Shown here in pieces: positions 47,807-56,907 of a DNA stretch of 60,972 bases. Where the stretch lies: positions 1-60,972 of the forward strand of contig PBTH01000047.1 in assembly GCA_002726495.1 (NCBI GenBank), written 5' to 3'. Position numbers and translations under genes: made by a program. The notes below the pieces were generated by a model that was not told the origin of the DNA, did not search any database, and saw only the letters and a list, made by a program, of their open reading frames with translations. How positions within the stretch are numbered: the stretch's first letter is position 1; each line of letters begins with the position of its first letter. This DNA comes from Methanobacteriota archaeon (GTDB lineage: Archaea > Thermoplasmatota > Poseidoniia > Poseidoniales > Poseidoniaceae).

Positions 47807-49216
47807 TCAGTTCCACGGTGTCATCAAGATGGGTTCACCTACTTCTCCAGGTTGAACCAATAATTTTCCTTTTTGTCCCGTACTCTCTGTTCGTTCAAAC
47901 ACCGGTACCCCTGCGACGACTGTGATTTGAGCCCATCCGACAAGTGACCGGCCTCTAAACGGGTTCCACCCGACGCGGCTCCACGAATTATGGTCTTCAA
48001 CGACTGCCTCACTGCTCATGTCCACAAGTACAATGTCGCCATCATACCCTTCTTCCAAACGGCCTTTGCCAGTCATGTTGTAGCAATCTGCAACGTATGT
48101 TGACATCCATAGAACGACGTCTTCGATACTGCACATGCCATTCTTAGCGTGTGTAAGCATGACTGCTAACGATGTTTCGACTCCAGGCATGCCACTTGGG
48201 GCATTGGGGAATCCAAGGTTCTTCGCTTCCGTGGTATGGGGGGCGTGATCTGTTGCGATGCATTGGATGGTTCCATTTTTCATGTGCTTCCACAGGAGTT
48301 CTCGATCCTTTTTGTATCGTATCGGAGGATTCATTTGCAACCGTGTGCCTTCTCTTAGTACATCTTCTTCATCAAATGTCAGGTGTTGAGGCAGTGTTTC
48401 AGTCGTAATGATTGCCCCCTCGCCCTTTGCCTTGCTCGGGAGGGTCGTTCTTCCTTCCAACCATTCGCCTTCAATTCCACTGGTCAAGTGAAGGACATGC
48501 AGTCGGTGACCGGTCGCTTCTGCTAATTCTACAGCAAGTTGTGTTGCCAACAGTGCGGTTTTGTCATCTCTCCATTCAGCATGTGCTGCAATATCGGTTC
48601 TCGTTTTGTATGTCTCGTAGCGCTTGATAAGACGCTGCTCATCTTCTGCATGAACGGCGATGAGGCCAGCGGTTCCACCAAAAATAGCCTCAAGGGCCTT
48701 GCGCTCGTTGACCAAAAGCGTTCCAGTTGATGAGCCCATGAAGATCTTGATGCCGCATATTCCAGGAATCGCTAGAGGTGAATCAGGAGTCCCAACCGCA
48801 TCTTGCAAGTCAGTGACGTTGTCGGGGGTAGCTCCAATGAAGAATCCATAATTGTTGACGCATTTTTTTGCAGCAGTATCGAGTTTCATGTTCATGCCTT
48901 CCAATGTTGTAATAGATGGCTTGTTGTTGGGCATGTCAAGAAATGAGGTCACTCCTCCGCTAACAGCAGCAGCAGATCCTGAGCCCAAATCCTCCTTTTC
49001 AGGCTGGCCAGGGTCGCGGAAATGACATTGCGGGTCAATGATTCCAGGGAGTAAATGCAGCCCTTCTGCATCAATCAATAACTCCCCATCGTTATGTGTT
49101 AGAGAGCCAGTGATATCGATTGATTCAATGACCCCGTTTACGATACGAAGGTCTCCTGTTGTTGTTTGGTTGGGCAGGACCATCGTCGCCCCCCGAATCA
49201 GCATGTTGCCTCTCAT
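47807..49216 (-). CDS. pyrC: Dihydroorotase (amidohydrolase superfamily)
   Basis: LLPGIIDPQCHFRDPG, GGVTSFLDMPN, KIFMGSS, AVHAED, HVLHL, ETLPQHL, QMNPPIR, ATDHAPH, SGMPGVET. Confidence 0.85.
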   Translation of the reverse strand: MRGNMLIRGATMVLPNQTTTGDLRIVNGVIESIDITGSLTHNDGELLIDAEGLHLLPGIIDPQCHFRDPGQPEKEDLGSGSAAAVSGGVTSFLDMPNNKPSITTLEGMNMKLDTAAKKCVNNYGFFIGATPDNVTDLQDAVGTPDSPLAIPGICGIKIFMGSSTGTLLVNERKALEAIFGGTAGLIAVHAEDEQRLIKRYETYKTRTDIAAHAEWRDDKTALLATQLAVELAEATGHRLHVLHLTSGIEGEWLEGRTTLPSKAKGEGAIITTETLPQHLTFDEEDVLREGTRLQMNPPIRYKKDRELLWKHMKNGTIQCIATDHAPHTTEAKNLGFPNAPSGMPGVETSLAVMLTHAKNGMCSIEDVVLWMSTYVADCYNMTGKGRLEEGYDGDIVLVDMSSEAVVEDHNSWSRVGWNPFRGRSLVGWAQITVVAGVPVFERTESTGQKGKLLVQPGEVGEPILMTPWN

Positions 49217-49273
49217 GTATATTCTCCAAACATGCCGAGTGCGATTCAGCACATCAACATAATGCTCAAACAC

Positions 49274-49858
49274 TCAGCGTCGTAAGGCACCTTTTGGACG
49301 AAATGAATTGCATATCTTTTCGTCCATGTCCATGTAAGGCCCGTTCATCAAGTCAATACAATATGGTACAGATTTCCAAATTTCATCAATGGTTTCCCGT
49401 ATTGCTTTTGGCCTTCCAGGGAGATTGAATATGAGGCTTGAACCTCTCAAGCCCCCAACTTGTCGGGAGAGTATTGCAGTAGGGACAAACGCCAGTGAGA
49501 TACTGCGCATTTGTTCTCCAAAGCCGGGCATGATTCGATCGCAGACGGCAGTTGTCGCTTCAGGAGTAACATCACGTTCAGCCGGCCCTGTCCCTCCAGT
49601 GGTCACTACGACGTTGCATCCAACATCATCTACCAAGGATTTTATCGCCGTTTCAATGATGGCTTGGTCGTCCTTGACGCACCGGTAGTGAGCAATAAAT
49701 GGACTTAGGATTGCTTCTTCAAAAAATGAAAGGATTGCTGGGCCTCCTTCATCTTCATACACTCCTTGGCTGGCTCTGTCACTGACCGTAAGAATCCCAA
49801 GACGAATAAGGTCGCCTACGTGTCCTTCTTTCCCTTCTCTTGAAGACTCATGCTCCAT
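49274..49858 (-). CDS. mog: Molybdopterin adenylyltransferase
   Basis: GILTVSDRAS.GVYED.GGP, TTGGTGPAERDVTPEAT, MPGFGEQMR, PTAILSRQ, NLPGRPKAI. Confidence 0.93.
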   Translation of the reverse strand: MEHESSREGKEGHVGDLIRLGILTVSDRASQGVYEDEGGPAILSFFEEAILSPFIAHYRCVKDDQAIIETAIKSLVDDVGCNVVVTTGGTGPAERDVTPEATTAVCDRIMPGFGEQMRSISLAFVPTAILSRQVGGLRGSSLIFNLPGRPKAIRETIDEIWKSVPYCIDLMNGPYMDMDEKICNSFRPKGALRR

Positions 49859-49867
49859 GGAAACAAC

Positions 49868-51967
49868 TCACTGGTCGCCGTATTTGGCTACAATATCAGC
49901 ATGGAAGTTGTCGAGGAGCGTGTCTTCAAACAATTCGGTTTGTCTACGCATTTTAGTGGAACGAATATGGAGAACCGCCATCAGAATAAAGACAATAATA
50001 ATCATCGGAATGAAAACTTCAAGCTTGTATTGATGCATGAATTTGACGATGCCCTCGGCGGTATAAGCCCATGTTATGGAAGCGATGGATCCTCCAATAA
50101 ATGTTGCAAGCAACACTCGCATGAACTGCATACGTGAAAGGAGCCCGAGCATGGCACCGACCAAGACGCCAGAAGCCATGAACGGAATCCATACAAAGAC
50201 GATAAGGCCCCAGAATCCCCATTTGTTGATCATTTCTCGTTTCTCGTTTGCCATGTATTCAACCGTGGACAATGTGTCCCCAAGGAATTTCGTTTGAAGC
50301 ATGCGACCGCCGAGCCCATCTTGACGTGCAATAGCAACGATCCGGTCGTCATTGGCGGATTTTCTCTCCACGCGTCCGGCTCCAGAACGGTCGGCTAGGG
50401 TGGAAATTTCGTTTCGAGTCTTGACAATCAATTCCTGACTTCCAAGGTGGTCCTCATTTCGTTCTGATATGAAGGTAAACAATTCATCTCTAATTTGGGT
50501 GGATGTTTTGTCAAAACGGAAGAAAGCGAATCGTTGTGTTGGGCGGTAGATGACCGAAACAAAGACGACACGGTCATCACTTGTGACGACTGCCCCATTC
50601 ATTTCGACATCATTTCTGCGCGTGAAAAAGAGGTCCAAACTGTCTCTTACATCGTCTTCTACTCTTGAAAGGGAGTGCAATTCCGAGAAAAACGAGGAGT
50701 AATCCTGTTGCCCTTCTTCCTCAGCCTCAGATACTTCACGGGTTCCAATGCCTAAGCCGGAATCGAAGTCAATGGATTGACCTGCTCCAATTGTGCGTAC
50801 GTTGAGTTGTACGGGTTTAAAGACTCTAAATATCGCAAATTCTTCCAGTAAATTTCTTAGAATCTCTGCACGAATTTCCTTGGCATCTGAGAGGGTGTTT
50901 TCAGTATTTTTGTAGGCAACCATGATGTCAATAGACAGGTCACGCGTTTCAATTTTGAATAAATCCTCGTCGACGTCAATGTTCAAACGGTCTGCGATCT
51001 CGTTGACGGTATCTTCAACCAAACGTGCAATGTGATTTCGGGACAGAATATCGTCAGTGTCTTGATGGTAGACCTTGTACATCACAGGGTAGAGGACAAG
51101 CAACGAGATAATTGAGAGTGATAGCGAGATAAATGCCATCCACCATGCTGGTATGCCAGCTGCCCCTCCGGTGAGCATGGCTGTTTCACGTCCGCCTCCC
51201 AATTCAGCCCCCATCAAGAGGTATCCCCAGTCTCCTAAGTCTTGAACGGTCCAGCATGAGCGAGAGCCTGCATCAGCAATACGAACATCTGAATGTTCAG
51301 TGTCGTCAACAAATGGAAGGAATGAAAGCGTTTCTTTGGAAATCGACAACTCAAAAGTCAGCGTTTTACTCATGTCTTGCATAACGATCGGAGAACTTGC
51401 ATTGTTTTGCTCTCGGACACTGACCCTGAAGGTTAAGTCGTAGTCGCCTTCAGTTAGTTCGGAAAAGGGGGCTTTGAAATATGCACGGCCAGAATTGTTC
51501 TCCGTTTCTTCAATGATCCTCGTGGTTTCATCTGTAACTTGGAGTTCCTTGTCGCCATCCGCTTCAACAATTGAATAGTTGAGGAAGGCGACGCCGTTAG
51601 GTAAGTTGTGCCCAGCGATTGAGAACAATTCTCGGTCGGGGTCGGGGAAAATATTGAGCCAAGGCTCTTCAGAGATCTCTTCGCATTCATCGCCGATGTC
51701 CAAGAAAGTAGTGGACGCCTTATGATCCAGTGCCGTTGTGTTTCCAAAAACGCCTGAGGACATTGAAAAGAGGAGAAGGGCGAACAAAACCCCATAGGCG
51801 ATGCCACCCATCAGCACGAAATCTTCTATTTTAGAGAGGAAGAGTTTGCCTCCACCCATACGACGTTGCCGTATTTCTTGGAGTTCTTTCGCTTCCTTGT
51901 CACGAGATTTTGAGTGCTCCTCATGGGCGTCGGAAGTTGCCTCGTGACCATCTCCTCCTTTGCCCAT
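49868..51967 (-). CDS. Multi-domain membrane protein with C-terminal small multidrug-export-like (COG2426) domain
   Basis: N-terminal TM, soluble domain, second TM, cytoplasmic region, then KWGFWGLIVFVWIPFMASGVLVGAMLGLL..M....LLA...G pattern. Start MGKGG at 51967 preferred. Confidence 0.7.
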   Translation of the reverse strand: MGKGGDGHEATSDAHEEHSKSRDKEAKELQEIRQRRMGGGKLFLSKIEDFVLMGGIAYGVLFALLLFSMSSGVFGNTTALDHKASTTFLDIGDECEEISEEPWLNIFPDPDRELFSIAGHNLPNGVAFLNYSIVEADGDKELQVTDETTRIIEETENNSGRAYFKAPFSELTEGDYDLTFRVSVREQNNASSPIVMQDMSKTLTFELSISKETLSFLPFVDDTEHSDVRIADAGSRSCWTVQDLGDWGYLLMGAELGGGRETAMLTGGAAGIPAWWMAFISLSLSIISLLVLYPVMYKVYHQDTDDILSRNHIARLVEDTVNEIADRLNIDVDEDLFKIETRDLSIDIMVAYKNTENTLSDAKEIRAEILRNLLEEFAIFRVFKPVQLNVRTIGAGQSIDFDSGLGIGTREVSEAEEEGQQDYSSFFSELHSLSRVEDDVRDSLDLFFTRRNDVEMNGAVVTSDDRVVFVSVIYRPTQRFAFFRFDKTSTQIRDELFTFISERNEDHLGSQELIVKTRNEISTLADRSGAGRVERKSANDDRIVAIARQDGLGGRMLQTKFLGDTLSTVEYMANEKREMINKWGFWGLIVFVWIPFMASGVLVGAMLGLLSRMQFMRVLLATFIGGSIASITWAYTAEGIVKFMHQYKLEVFIPMIIIVFILMAVLHIRSTKMRRQTELFEDTLLDNFHADIVAKYGDQ

Positions 51968-52102
51968 GGTTAGGGCAAGTCGGAACTTCCTCATGAACCC
52001 TTTTCCCTTCTTTGTTGAGGCAAGGCATGAAAGGGGGTCATTCTATAGATTATCCGGTGCGTGAAAAAGCGCTCCAAACTGAGCGTTATATTTTCCAAGG
52101 GT

Positions 52103-52504
52103 TCATTCAGGTTTCACACTGGACCAAAAGTTTCCATCGCTTTCTACCTGGTCTTCCCTCACTTGTGTTCGTTGTTCGGCAGGTGATTTGGAAGAAAAGT
52201 AGTCTTCTGAGTTGTTTGAGCGTGTTTTTTCCAATTGCTTTTGAGCGAATTCACTGTTCGGGAAAAGAGCGAGTCGGAAGGCCCCCAATGCGATGATTTG
52301 TACGGTAATGCCTGCAAGGAGAAATGGAATTGAAAAGCAGACCATGAAGATACTCAACATTACGCTCTCTCCAAAGACGCCGGGCAGAATGAACAGGGGT
52401 GCAAGCGTAAATGGCATTCCAAAGAAAAACAAGAACACGCCACTGATTGCCGAACCCAACCGTTGACTGGTGGGTAATGGGGTCGAGTCAGAATCTATTT
52501 CCAT
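52103..52504 (-). CDS. Small two-TM membrane hypothetical protein
   Basis: Two hydrophobic helices (FLFFFGMPFTLAP; FMVCFSIPFLLAG) and a polar tail ending FWSSV. Start MEIDS at 52504. Confidence 0.7.
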   Translation of the reverse strand: MEIDSDSTPLPTSQRLGSAISGVFLFFFGMPFTLAPLFILPGVFGESVMLSIFMVCFSIPFLLAGITVQIIALGAFRLALFPNSEFAQKQLEKTRSNNSEDYFSSKSPAEQRTQVREDQVESDGNFWSSVKPE

Positions 52505-52524
52505 GGTTAAACCCCGATACATGT

Positions 52525-52600
52525 TGGTGGGTTAGGCCGGACTTGAACCAGCGACCTCGGCATCTTCAGTGCCGCGCTCTCCCAACTAAGCTACTAACCC
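52525..52600 (-). tRNA. tRNA-Phe(GAA), intron-less, 3' CCA encoded
   Basis: Minus strand GGGTTAGTAGCTTAGTTGGGAGAGCGCGGCACTGAAGATGCCGAGGTCGCTGGTTCAAGTCCGGCCTAACCCACCA: acceptor stem GGGTTAG/CTAACCC, anticodon stem CGGCA/TGCCG, loop CT-GAA-GA, T-loop GTTCAAGTC. Confidence 0.97.
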
Positions 52601-52686
52601 GTGTGTTCTTCGCGAGAACCCTCGCCATATCAAGCCTTCCGATGAGACCGTTTCACAACGATGCCGAAATCACTCAAAGCCACCGT

Positions 52687-53463
52687 TCAAACTGCATCTT
52701 TCAATACATCGTTTTGCATCTCAAATAGGGTCTTCATACCACCATCTGCACTTGACAATAATGCCGTCAATTCTTCAGCAGAAAAGGTCGATTCTTCACC
52801 CGTCCCTTGGACTTCAACATACTTGCCATCGCTGGTTTTGATAACATTCATATCAACATCTGCATTTGAGTCAAGAATGTAATCCAAGTCGAGGTAAACA
52901 TCGCCTTCAATCAGTCCTACTGAGATTGCCGCAAGGTCATGAGGGAGGACATCCATTTCGTGATTTTTCCGTTCAATAGCAGAGAGTTGGGGCGGTGTCC
53001 AACCTTCCTTGCGTTGTTCAAATGTGGGGCGAAGATCAGAGGGCAGACAATCACCACTTGCAATGAGGCGTCGTACAGCCAAACGCAAAGCGATGTTTGC
53101 TGCAGTAATTGAAGCACAACGTGTCCCTCCATCGGCGTTGAGTACATCACAGTCCAGGTTGAGAGCGACAGGGCCCAATGCTTCAAGATCTACAGCAGCA
53201 CGAAGTGAGCGCGCAATGAGACGTTCAATTTCTTGTGTGCGCCCTTTTGCACCATTACGTTCCCGGCGAAATCGTGAATCCGTTGACCCTGGGAGTAGAG
53301 AGTATTCAGCATGAACCCAACCCTTGGTAGCGTCTCGAGGAAACCATCGTGGCAGTTTGGATTCCTTTGTACAGCATGCCAAAACAACCGTATCTCCTTG
53401 GCGATAAAGTACCGATGCAAGGGCATTTGGGGTGAAGTCCAGTTGAACTTCAATGTCTCGCAT
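52687..53463 (-). CDS. rph: Bacterial-type ribonuclease PH
   Basis: GWVHAEYSLLPGST..R..RE...GRTQEIERLIARSLRA, DCDVLNADGGTRCASIT, AAISVG...LDLDY..DSNADVDMNV, VEVQGTGEE..F. Start MRDIE at 53463 (or 53511). Confidence 0.92.
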   Translation of the reverse strand: MRDIEVQLDFTPNALASVLYRQGDTVVLACCTKESKLPRWFPRDATKGWVHAEYSLLPGSTDSRFRRERNGAKGRTQEIERLIARSLRAAVDLEALGPVALNLDCDVLNADGGTRCASITAANIALRLAVRRLIASGDCLPSDLRPTFEQRKEGWTPPQLSAIERKNHEMDVLPHDLAAISVGLIEGDVYLDLDYILDSNADVDMNVIKTSDGKYVEVQGTGEESTFSAEELTALLSSADGGMKTLFEMQNDVLKDAV

Positions 53464-53602
53464 TTCATCTTCTTTTCTAGAGAGTTCCAAGTTGGTCTTG
53501 AATTTGGCCATGTTTGGCCCAGCGGGTTTGCTTCATCAAGCCTTCTCACAGACCATAATGGCCAACACGCACCTTCAAAGCGTCTTACTAGGTGGAGTAT
53601 TC

Positions 53603-54799
53603 ATGTCCCAGCCACAAGCAGTAATTTGTGGAGTTGCCCGAACACCCATCGGTAAATTCCTCGGCACATTATCTGGCTTTTCAGCAGTTGAACTCGGTTC
53701 GTTGACGGTGAAGGAATTATTGAAGCGAACCAACATCAATCCAGAGTCCGGTATCATTGAAGAAGTTATTTTCGGACAAGTTTTGCAAGCGGGATCCGGC
53801 CAAAATCCGGCGCGACAGGTCGCATTGGGCGCTGGATTGCCAGTGACGACCCCTTGTACGACCGTCAACAAAGTATGCGGGTCTTCACTTAAGGCGGCTA
53901 TGATGGCTGCGAACAGCATTCGTGCTGGAGAATACAAGGTTCTCATCGCCGGAGGTATGGAGAGCATGAGTAATGCTCCGCAGTTGTTAATGGGTCAACG
54001 CAAAGGGAAAAAGATGGGTTCATCCACTCTCGTTGACTCAATGATTCACGACGGACTATGGGATGTTTACAATGACGTACACATGGGATTAACCGGTGAA
54101 ACTGTTGCAAAAGAATGCAACATAAGCCGAGATGATGCGGACCAGTTTGCATTACGTAGCCAACAACGAGCAGCGAAAGCAACCGAAGAAGGATGGTTTG
54201 ATTGGGAAACCTTCACTGTCGAAGTTCCTCAGCGAAGAGCCGACCCCATATCTTTCGCATCAGATGAAGGAATCCGCGGCCAAACGACTCTTGAATCGCT
54301 ATCAAAACTGCGCCCTGCATTTGACCGAGATGGCATGGTGACTGCTGGAAATGCAAGCACGCTCAATGATGGTGCGAGTGCAGTATTGGTTGCTGAGGAA
54401 TCCTTCGCTCGAGAGCAAGGGTGGGAAATAATCGCTTATATTCGAGATTATTGCACATCTGGCGTTGAGCCGGCCCGGGTCATGAGTGCTCCGATTCCCG
54501 CCGTCAAGACATTGTTAGAGAGAAACGAACTTGATGTTCTTGACGTTGATGTCTATGAGCATAACGAGGCTTTCGCTTCTGCGTCTTGCGCCGTGGCCCA
54601 AGAAGTTGGAATACCCGATGACCGCTTCAATCTTCACGGTGGTGCAGTAAGTCTTGGACATCCGCTTGGTGCAAGTGGAACGCGCTGCTTGATTACACTA
54701 TTAGGGGTTATGCGACGCATTGAAGCAGCCTCTGGGATCGTGACTCTTTGCCTCGGTGGAGGCAATGCCGTAGCGATGTACGTAACACGCGATGTTTGA
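53603..54799 (+). CDS. Acetyl-CoA C-acyltransferase (thiolase)
   Basis: ARTPIG, GQNPARQ, NKVCGSSL (catalytic Cys), GGMESMS, TAGNAS.LNDGA, EHNEAFA, GHPLGASG, LCLGGG. Start MSQPQ at 53603. Confidence 0.95.
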   Translation: MSQPQAVICGVARTPIGKFLGTLSGFSAVELGSLTVKELLKRTNINPESGIIEEVIFGQVLQAGSGQNPARQVALGAGLPVTTPCTTVNKVCGSSLKAAMMAANSIRAGEYKVLIAGGMESMSNAPQLLMGQRKGKKMGSSTLVDSMIHDGLWDVYNDVHMGLTGETVAKECNISRDDADQFALRSQQRAAKATEEGWFDWETFTVEVPQRRADPISFASDEGIRGQTTLESLSKLRPAFDRDGMVTAGNASTLNDGASAVLVAEESFAREQGWEIIAYIRDYCTSGVEPARVMSAPIPAVKTLLERNELDVLDVDVYEHNEAFASASCAVAQEVGIPDDRFNLHGGAVSLGHPLGASGTRCLITLLGVMRRIEAASGIVTLCLGGGNAVAMYVTRDV

Positions 54800-54879
54800 A
54801 CTCAAGCCCCATTTTCCCCTTCTTTGAACGGTTCATGCTAAATAGGGAGCGGCGGGGGCTTCACATTGGGTGTGTACCA

Positions 54880-56718
54880 ATGGGTTCCTTTCAAGACCTC
54901 GGCATAAGTGATGCACTTGCGGAAGTATTGTCTTCCCAAGGTATCAATGAGCCGTTCGAAGTTCAAGTTGAATCTATTCCTCCAGCAATGGAAGGAAAAG
55001 ATGTTTCATGCAGAGCCCCAACCGGTTCAGGAAAAACTCTCGCTTTTGGACTTCCCATGTTGGAACAGGTTTCCTATGCAGAACCAAATCGCCCACGCGC
55101 GCTTATTCTCACTCCGACCCGAGAACTTGCTGAACAAATATACGGTGTCCTCAAACCTCTTGCTCGTGTAATCGACCGAACGGTTGGCACCGTATATGGC
55201 GGTGTTTCCTACAAGAATCAATACCGCGCTCTTGAGCGTGGATTGGATGTTGTCGTTGCGTGTCCAGGGCGTCTTCTTGACTTGATGGAACGAGGAGCAG
55301 TCGTGCTCAAGGATGTTGAAGTTGTTGTTATTGACGAAGCTGACCGAATGGCTGACATGGGATTCATGGAACCTGTTTGCGATATCCTTGATCGCTGTTT
55401 ACCCGACCGCCAAACTGTCCTTTTCAGCGCCACGCTTGATGATGAGGTTGCCGACCTCATCAAACGATATCAGCGAGACCCTGTCCGTCTTGAAGTTGGA
55501 GCAGAAGAAGTATCCATCACGGATATGGAGCATCATTTCTGGCTCATGCCTCATTCAAAGAAATCACCCATCTCTGCCGAACTGATACGTAGTTGCGGAC
55601 GAACGGTTGTTTTCTGCCGAACTCGTCTCGGCGTTGAGCGAGTAAACGAAGAATTACTTGACGACGGTATTGGTGTCCGTGGGCTCCATGGAGGTTTGTC
55701 ACAACGTCAACGTGATAGAGCAATGCAGGCGTTCAAACACGGAGAATGTATGGCTCTTGTCGCTACAGATGTTGCTGCAAGGGGACTGGATGTTGAAGGA
55801 GTCAACTGTGTGATTCATTACGATCCACCCGAGAATGGCAAAGCGTACAAGCATCGCAGTGGCCGAACTGCTCGCGGTGGAGCGAGCGGTGTCGTAGTTT
55901 CTCTTGTACAACGGCCGCAGAAGAAAATGTACAACCGTCTTCAGAAGAATGTTGGTGTGAATGTTGATTTCACTCCACCCGACTTTGGCTCATTGCCCAC
56001 ATTTGAAGTTGAATACATACCGCCAGAACCGCGTTCAAGAAACCGCCGCGAGCGAAATCATGGGCGCTCTGGCGGTGGAGGATACGGCTCACGTGGCCGA
56101 GGAGACCGCCGAGATGGAGGCCGCCGAGATGGAGGCCGCCGAGATGGTGGAGGAAATTACGGACGCCGAGATGGTGGGCGTCGGGATGGAGGCCGCCGAG
56201 ATGGCGGGCGTCGAGATGGAGGTCGCCGAGATGGTGGAGGAAATTACGGACGTCGAGATGGTGGTCGGCCAGATTACAACCGCAACGAGCGCAATCAACG
56301 TGATGGCGGATATCGCAGAGGCGATGACCGTGGTGGCGAAAGAAGGTCTCAGGATGGTGAACGCCGAGATCATCGTGGAGGTGGTGAACAACGCCACAGC
56401 GACCGAAGAGACAATCGTGGAAATTACGGCGGAGGTCAGCGTGGTGAAAACCGTGACGGTGGCCGCCAAGAGAGCCGTGGTGGCCGTCAAGGTGGTCGGG
56501 AGAGTCGTCGCGACGAACCACGTCAGGACAGCGGATATCATGGGCGTTCAGCTCCTCAACGAGAGAATGCCTCTCGTGGCGAAAGCACCGGAGAGAAGAA
56601 GCAATCCAAGGGCAAGCGAGCACCTCCACCCAGACCCCGTTCTGGGCCTCGGCCACCAAGGGCTAACTTTGCACGGCGCCGTGGTTCACCAGTCCGAACA
56701 TTCAAGCGAAAGAAGTGA
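54880..56718 (+). CDS. DEAD-box RNA helicase with long Arg/Gly/Asp-rich C-terminal tail
   Basis: APTGSGKT, PTRELA, DEAD, SAT, ATDVAARGLD, HRSGRTARG. Start MGSFQ at 54880. Confidence 0.95.
   Translation: MGSFQDLGISDALAEVLSSQGINEPFEVQVESIPPAMEGKDVSCRAPTGSGKTLAFGLPMLEQVSYAEPNRPRALILTPTRELAEQIYGVLKPLARVIDRTVGTVYGGVSYKNQYRALERGLDVVVACPGRLLDLMERGAVVLKDVEVVVIDEADRMADMGFMEPVCDILDRCLPDRQTVLFSATLDDEVADLIKRYQRDPVRLEVGAEEVSITDMEHHFWLMPHSKKSPISAELIRSCGRTVVFCRTRLGVERVNEELLDDGIGVRGLHGGLSQRQRDRAMQAFKHGECMALVATDVAARGLDVEGVNCVIHYDPPENGKAYKHRSGRTARGGASGVVVSLVQRPQKKMYNRLQKNVGVNVDFTPPDFGSLPTFEVEYIPPEPRSRNRRERNHGRSGGGGYGSRGRGDRRDGGRRDGGRRDGGGNYGRRDGGRRDGGRRDGGRRDGGRRDGGGNYGRRDGGRPDYNRNERNQRDGGYRRGDDRGGERRSQDGERRDHRGGGEQRHSDRRDNRGNYGGGQRGENRDGGRQESRGGRQGGRESRRDEPRQDSGYHGRSAPQRENASRGESTGEKKQSKGKRAPPPRPRSGPRPPRANFARRRGSPVRTFKRKK
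56107..56265 (+). repeat. 15-bp tandem repeat encoding RRDGG (9 copies, interrupted twice by GNYG)
   Basis: Units such as CGCCGAGATGGAGGC; the protein reads RRDGG x3-GNYG-RRDGG x5-GNYG-RRDGG. Confidence 0.9.
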
Positions 56719-56742
56719 TGAAGAGTTCCATCTCATTTGAGA

Positions 56743-56895
56743 TTACACTTTTCTTCGAATTGTCAGGAACAAGAATACTAGGAGAATGAGTGCCAACGCC
56801 CACCCTCCATAAATCAGCATCTGTTCTTCTGTGGAACTTGATAGACCGTTGGGCTCCCAAGCGCATATGCAGCCTAAATCTAATGTTGCTTTCAA
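56743..56895 (-). CDS. Unannotated 50-codon single-TM membrane protein
   Basis: TTG-initiated frame (L/M)KATLDLGCICAWEPNGLSSSTEEQMLIYGGWALALILLVFLFLTIRRKV*. It fills the intergenic gap, has a clean TM helix and a basic tail, and is below the ORF-track cutoff. Confidence 0.6.
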   Translation of the reverse strand: MKATLDLGCICAWEPNGLSSSTEEQMLIYGGWALALILLVFLFLTIRRKV

Positions 56896-56907
56896 TCCGT
56901 CATAGCA

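Noticed and set aside
49020-49040. Dihydroorotase metal motif reads DPQCH instead of DxHxH
   Set aside because: A Gln at this position (DPQVH) is, to my knowledge, a normal variant in one bacterial DHOase subgroup; the other ligands (Lys, His, His, Asp) are present.
52067-52091. Short hairpin AGCGCTC-CAAACT-GAGCGTT near the end of the small membrane gene
   Set aside because: Weak stem with no clear U-tract; cannot be supported as a terminator.
52525-52600. tRNA-Phe as a possible integration site for an island
   Set aside because: No integrase, and I saw no duplicated tRNA 3' end elsewhere in the window.
55961-56740. Three long overlapping ORFs (259 aa +, 229 aa -, 150 aa -) over the helicase tail
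   Set aside because: By-products of the stop-free 15-bp repeat; the helicase frame explains the region.
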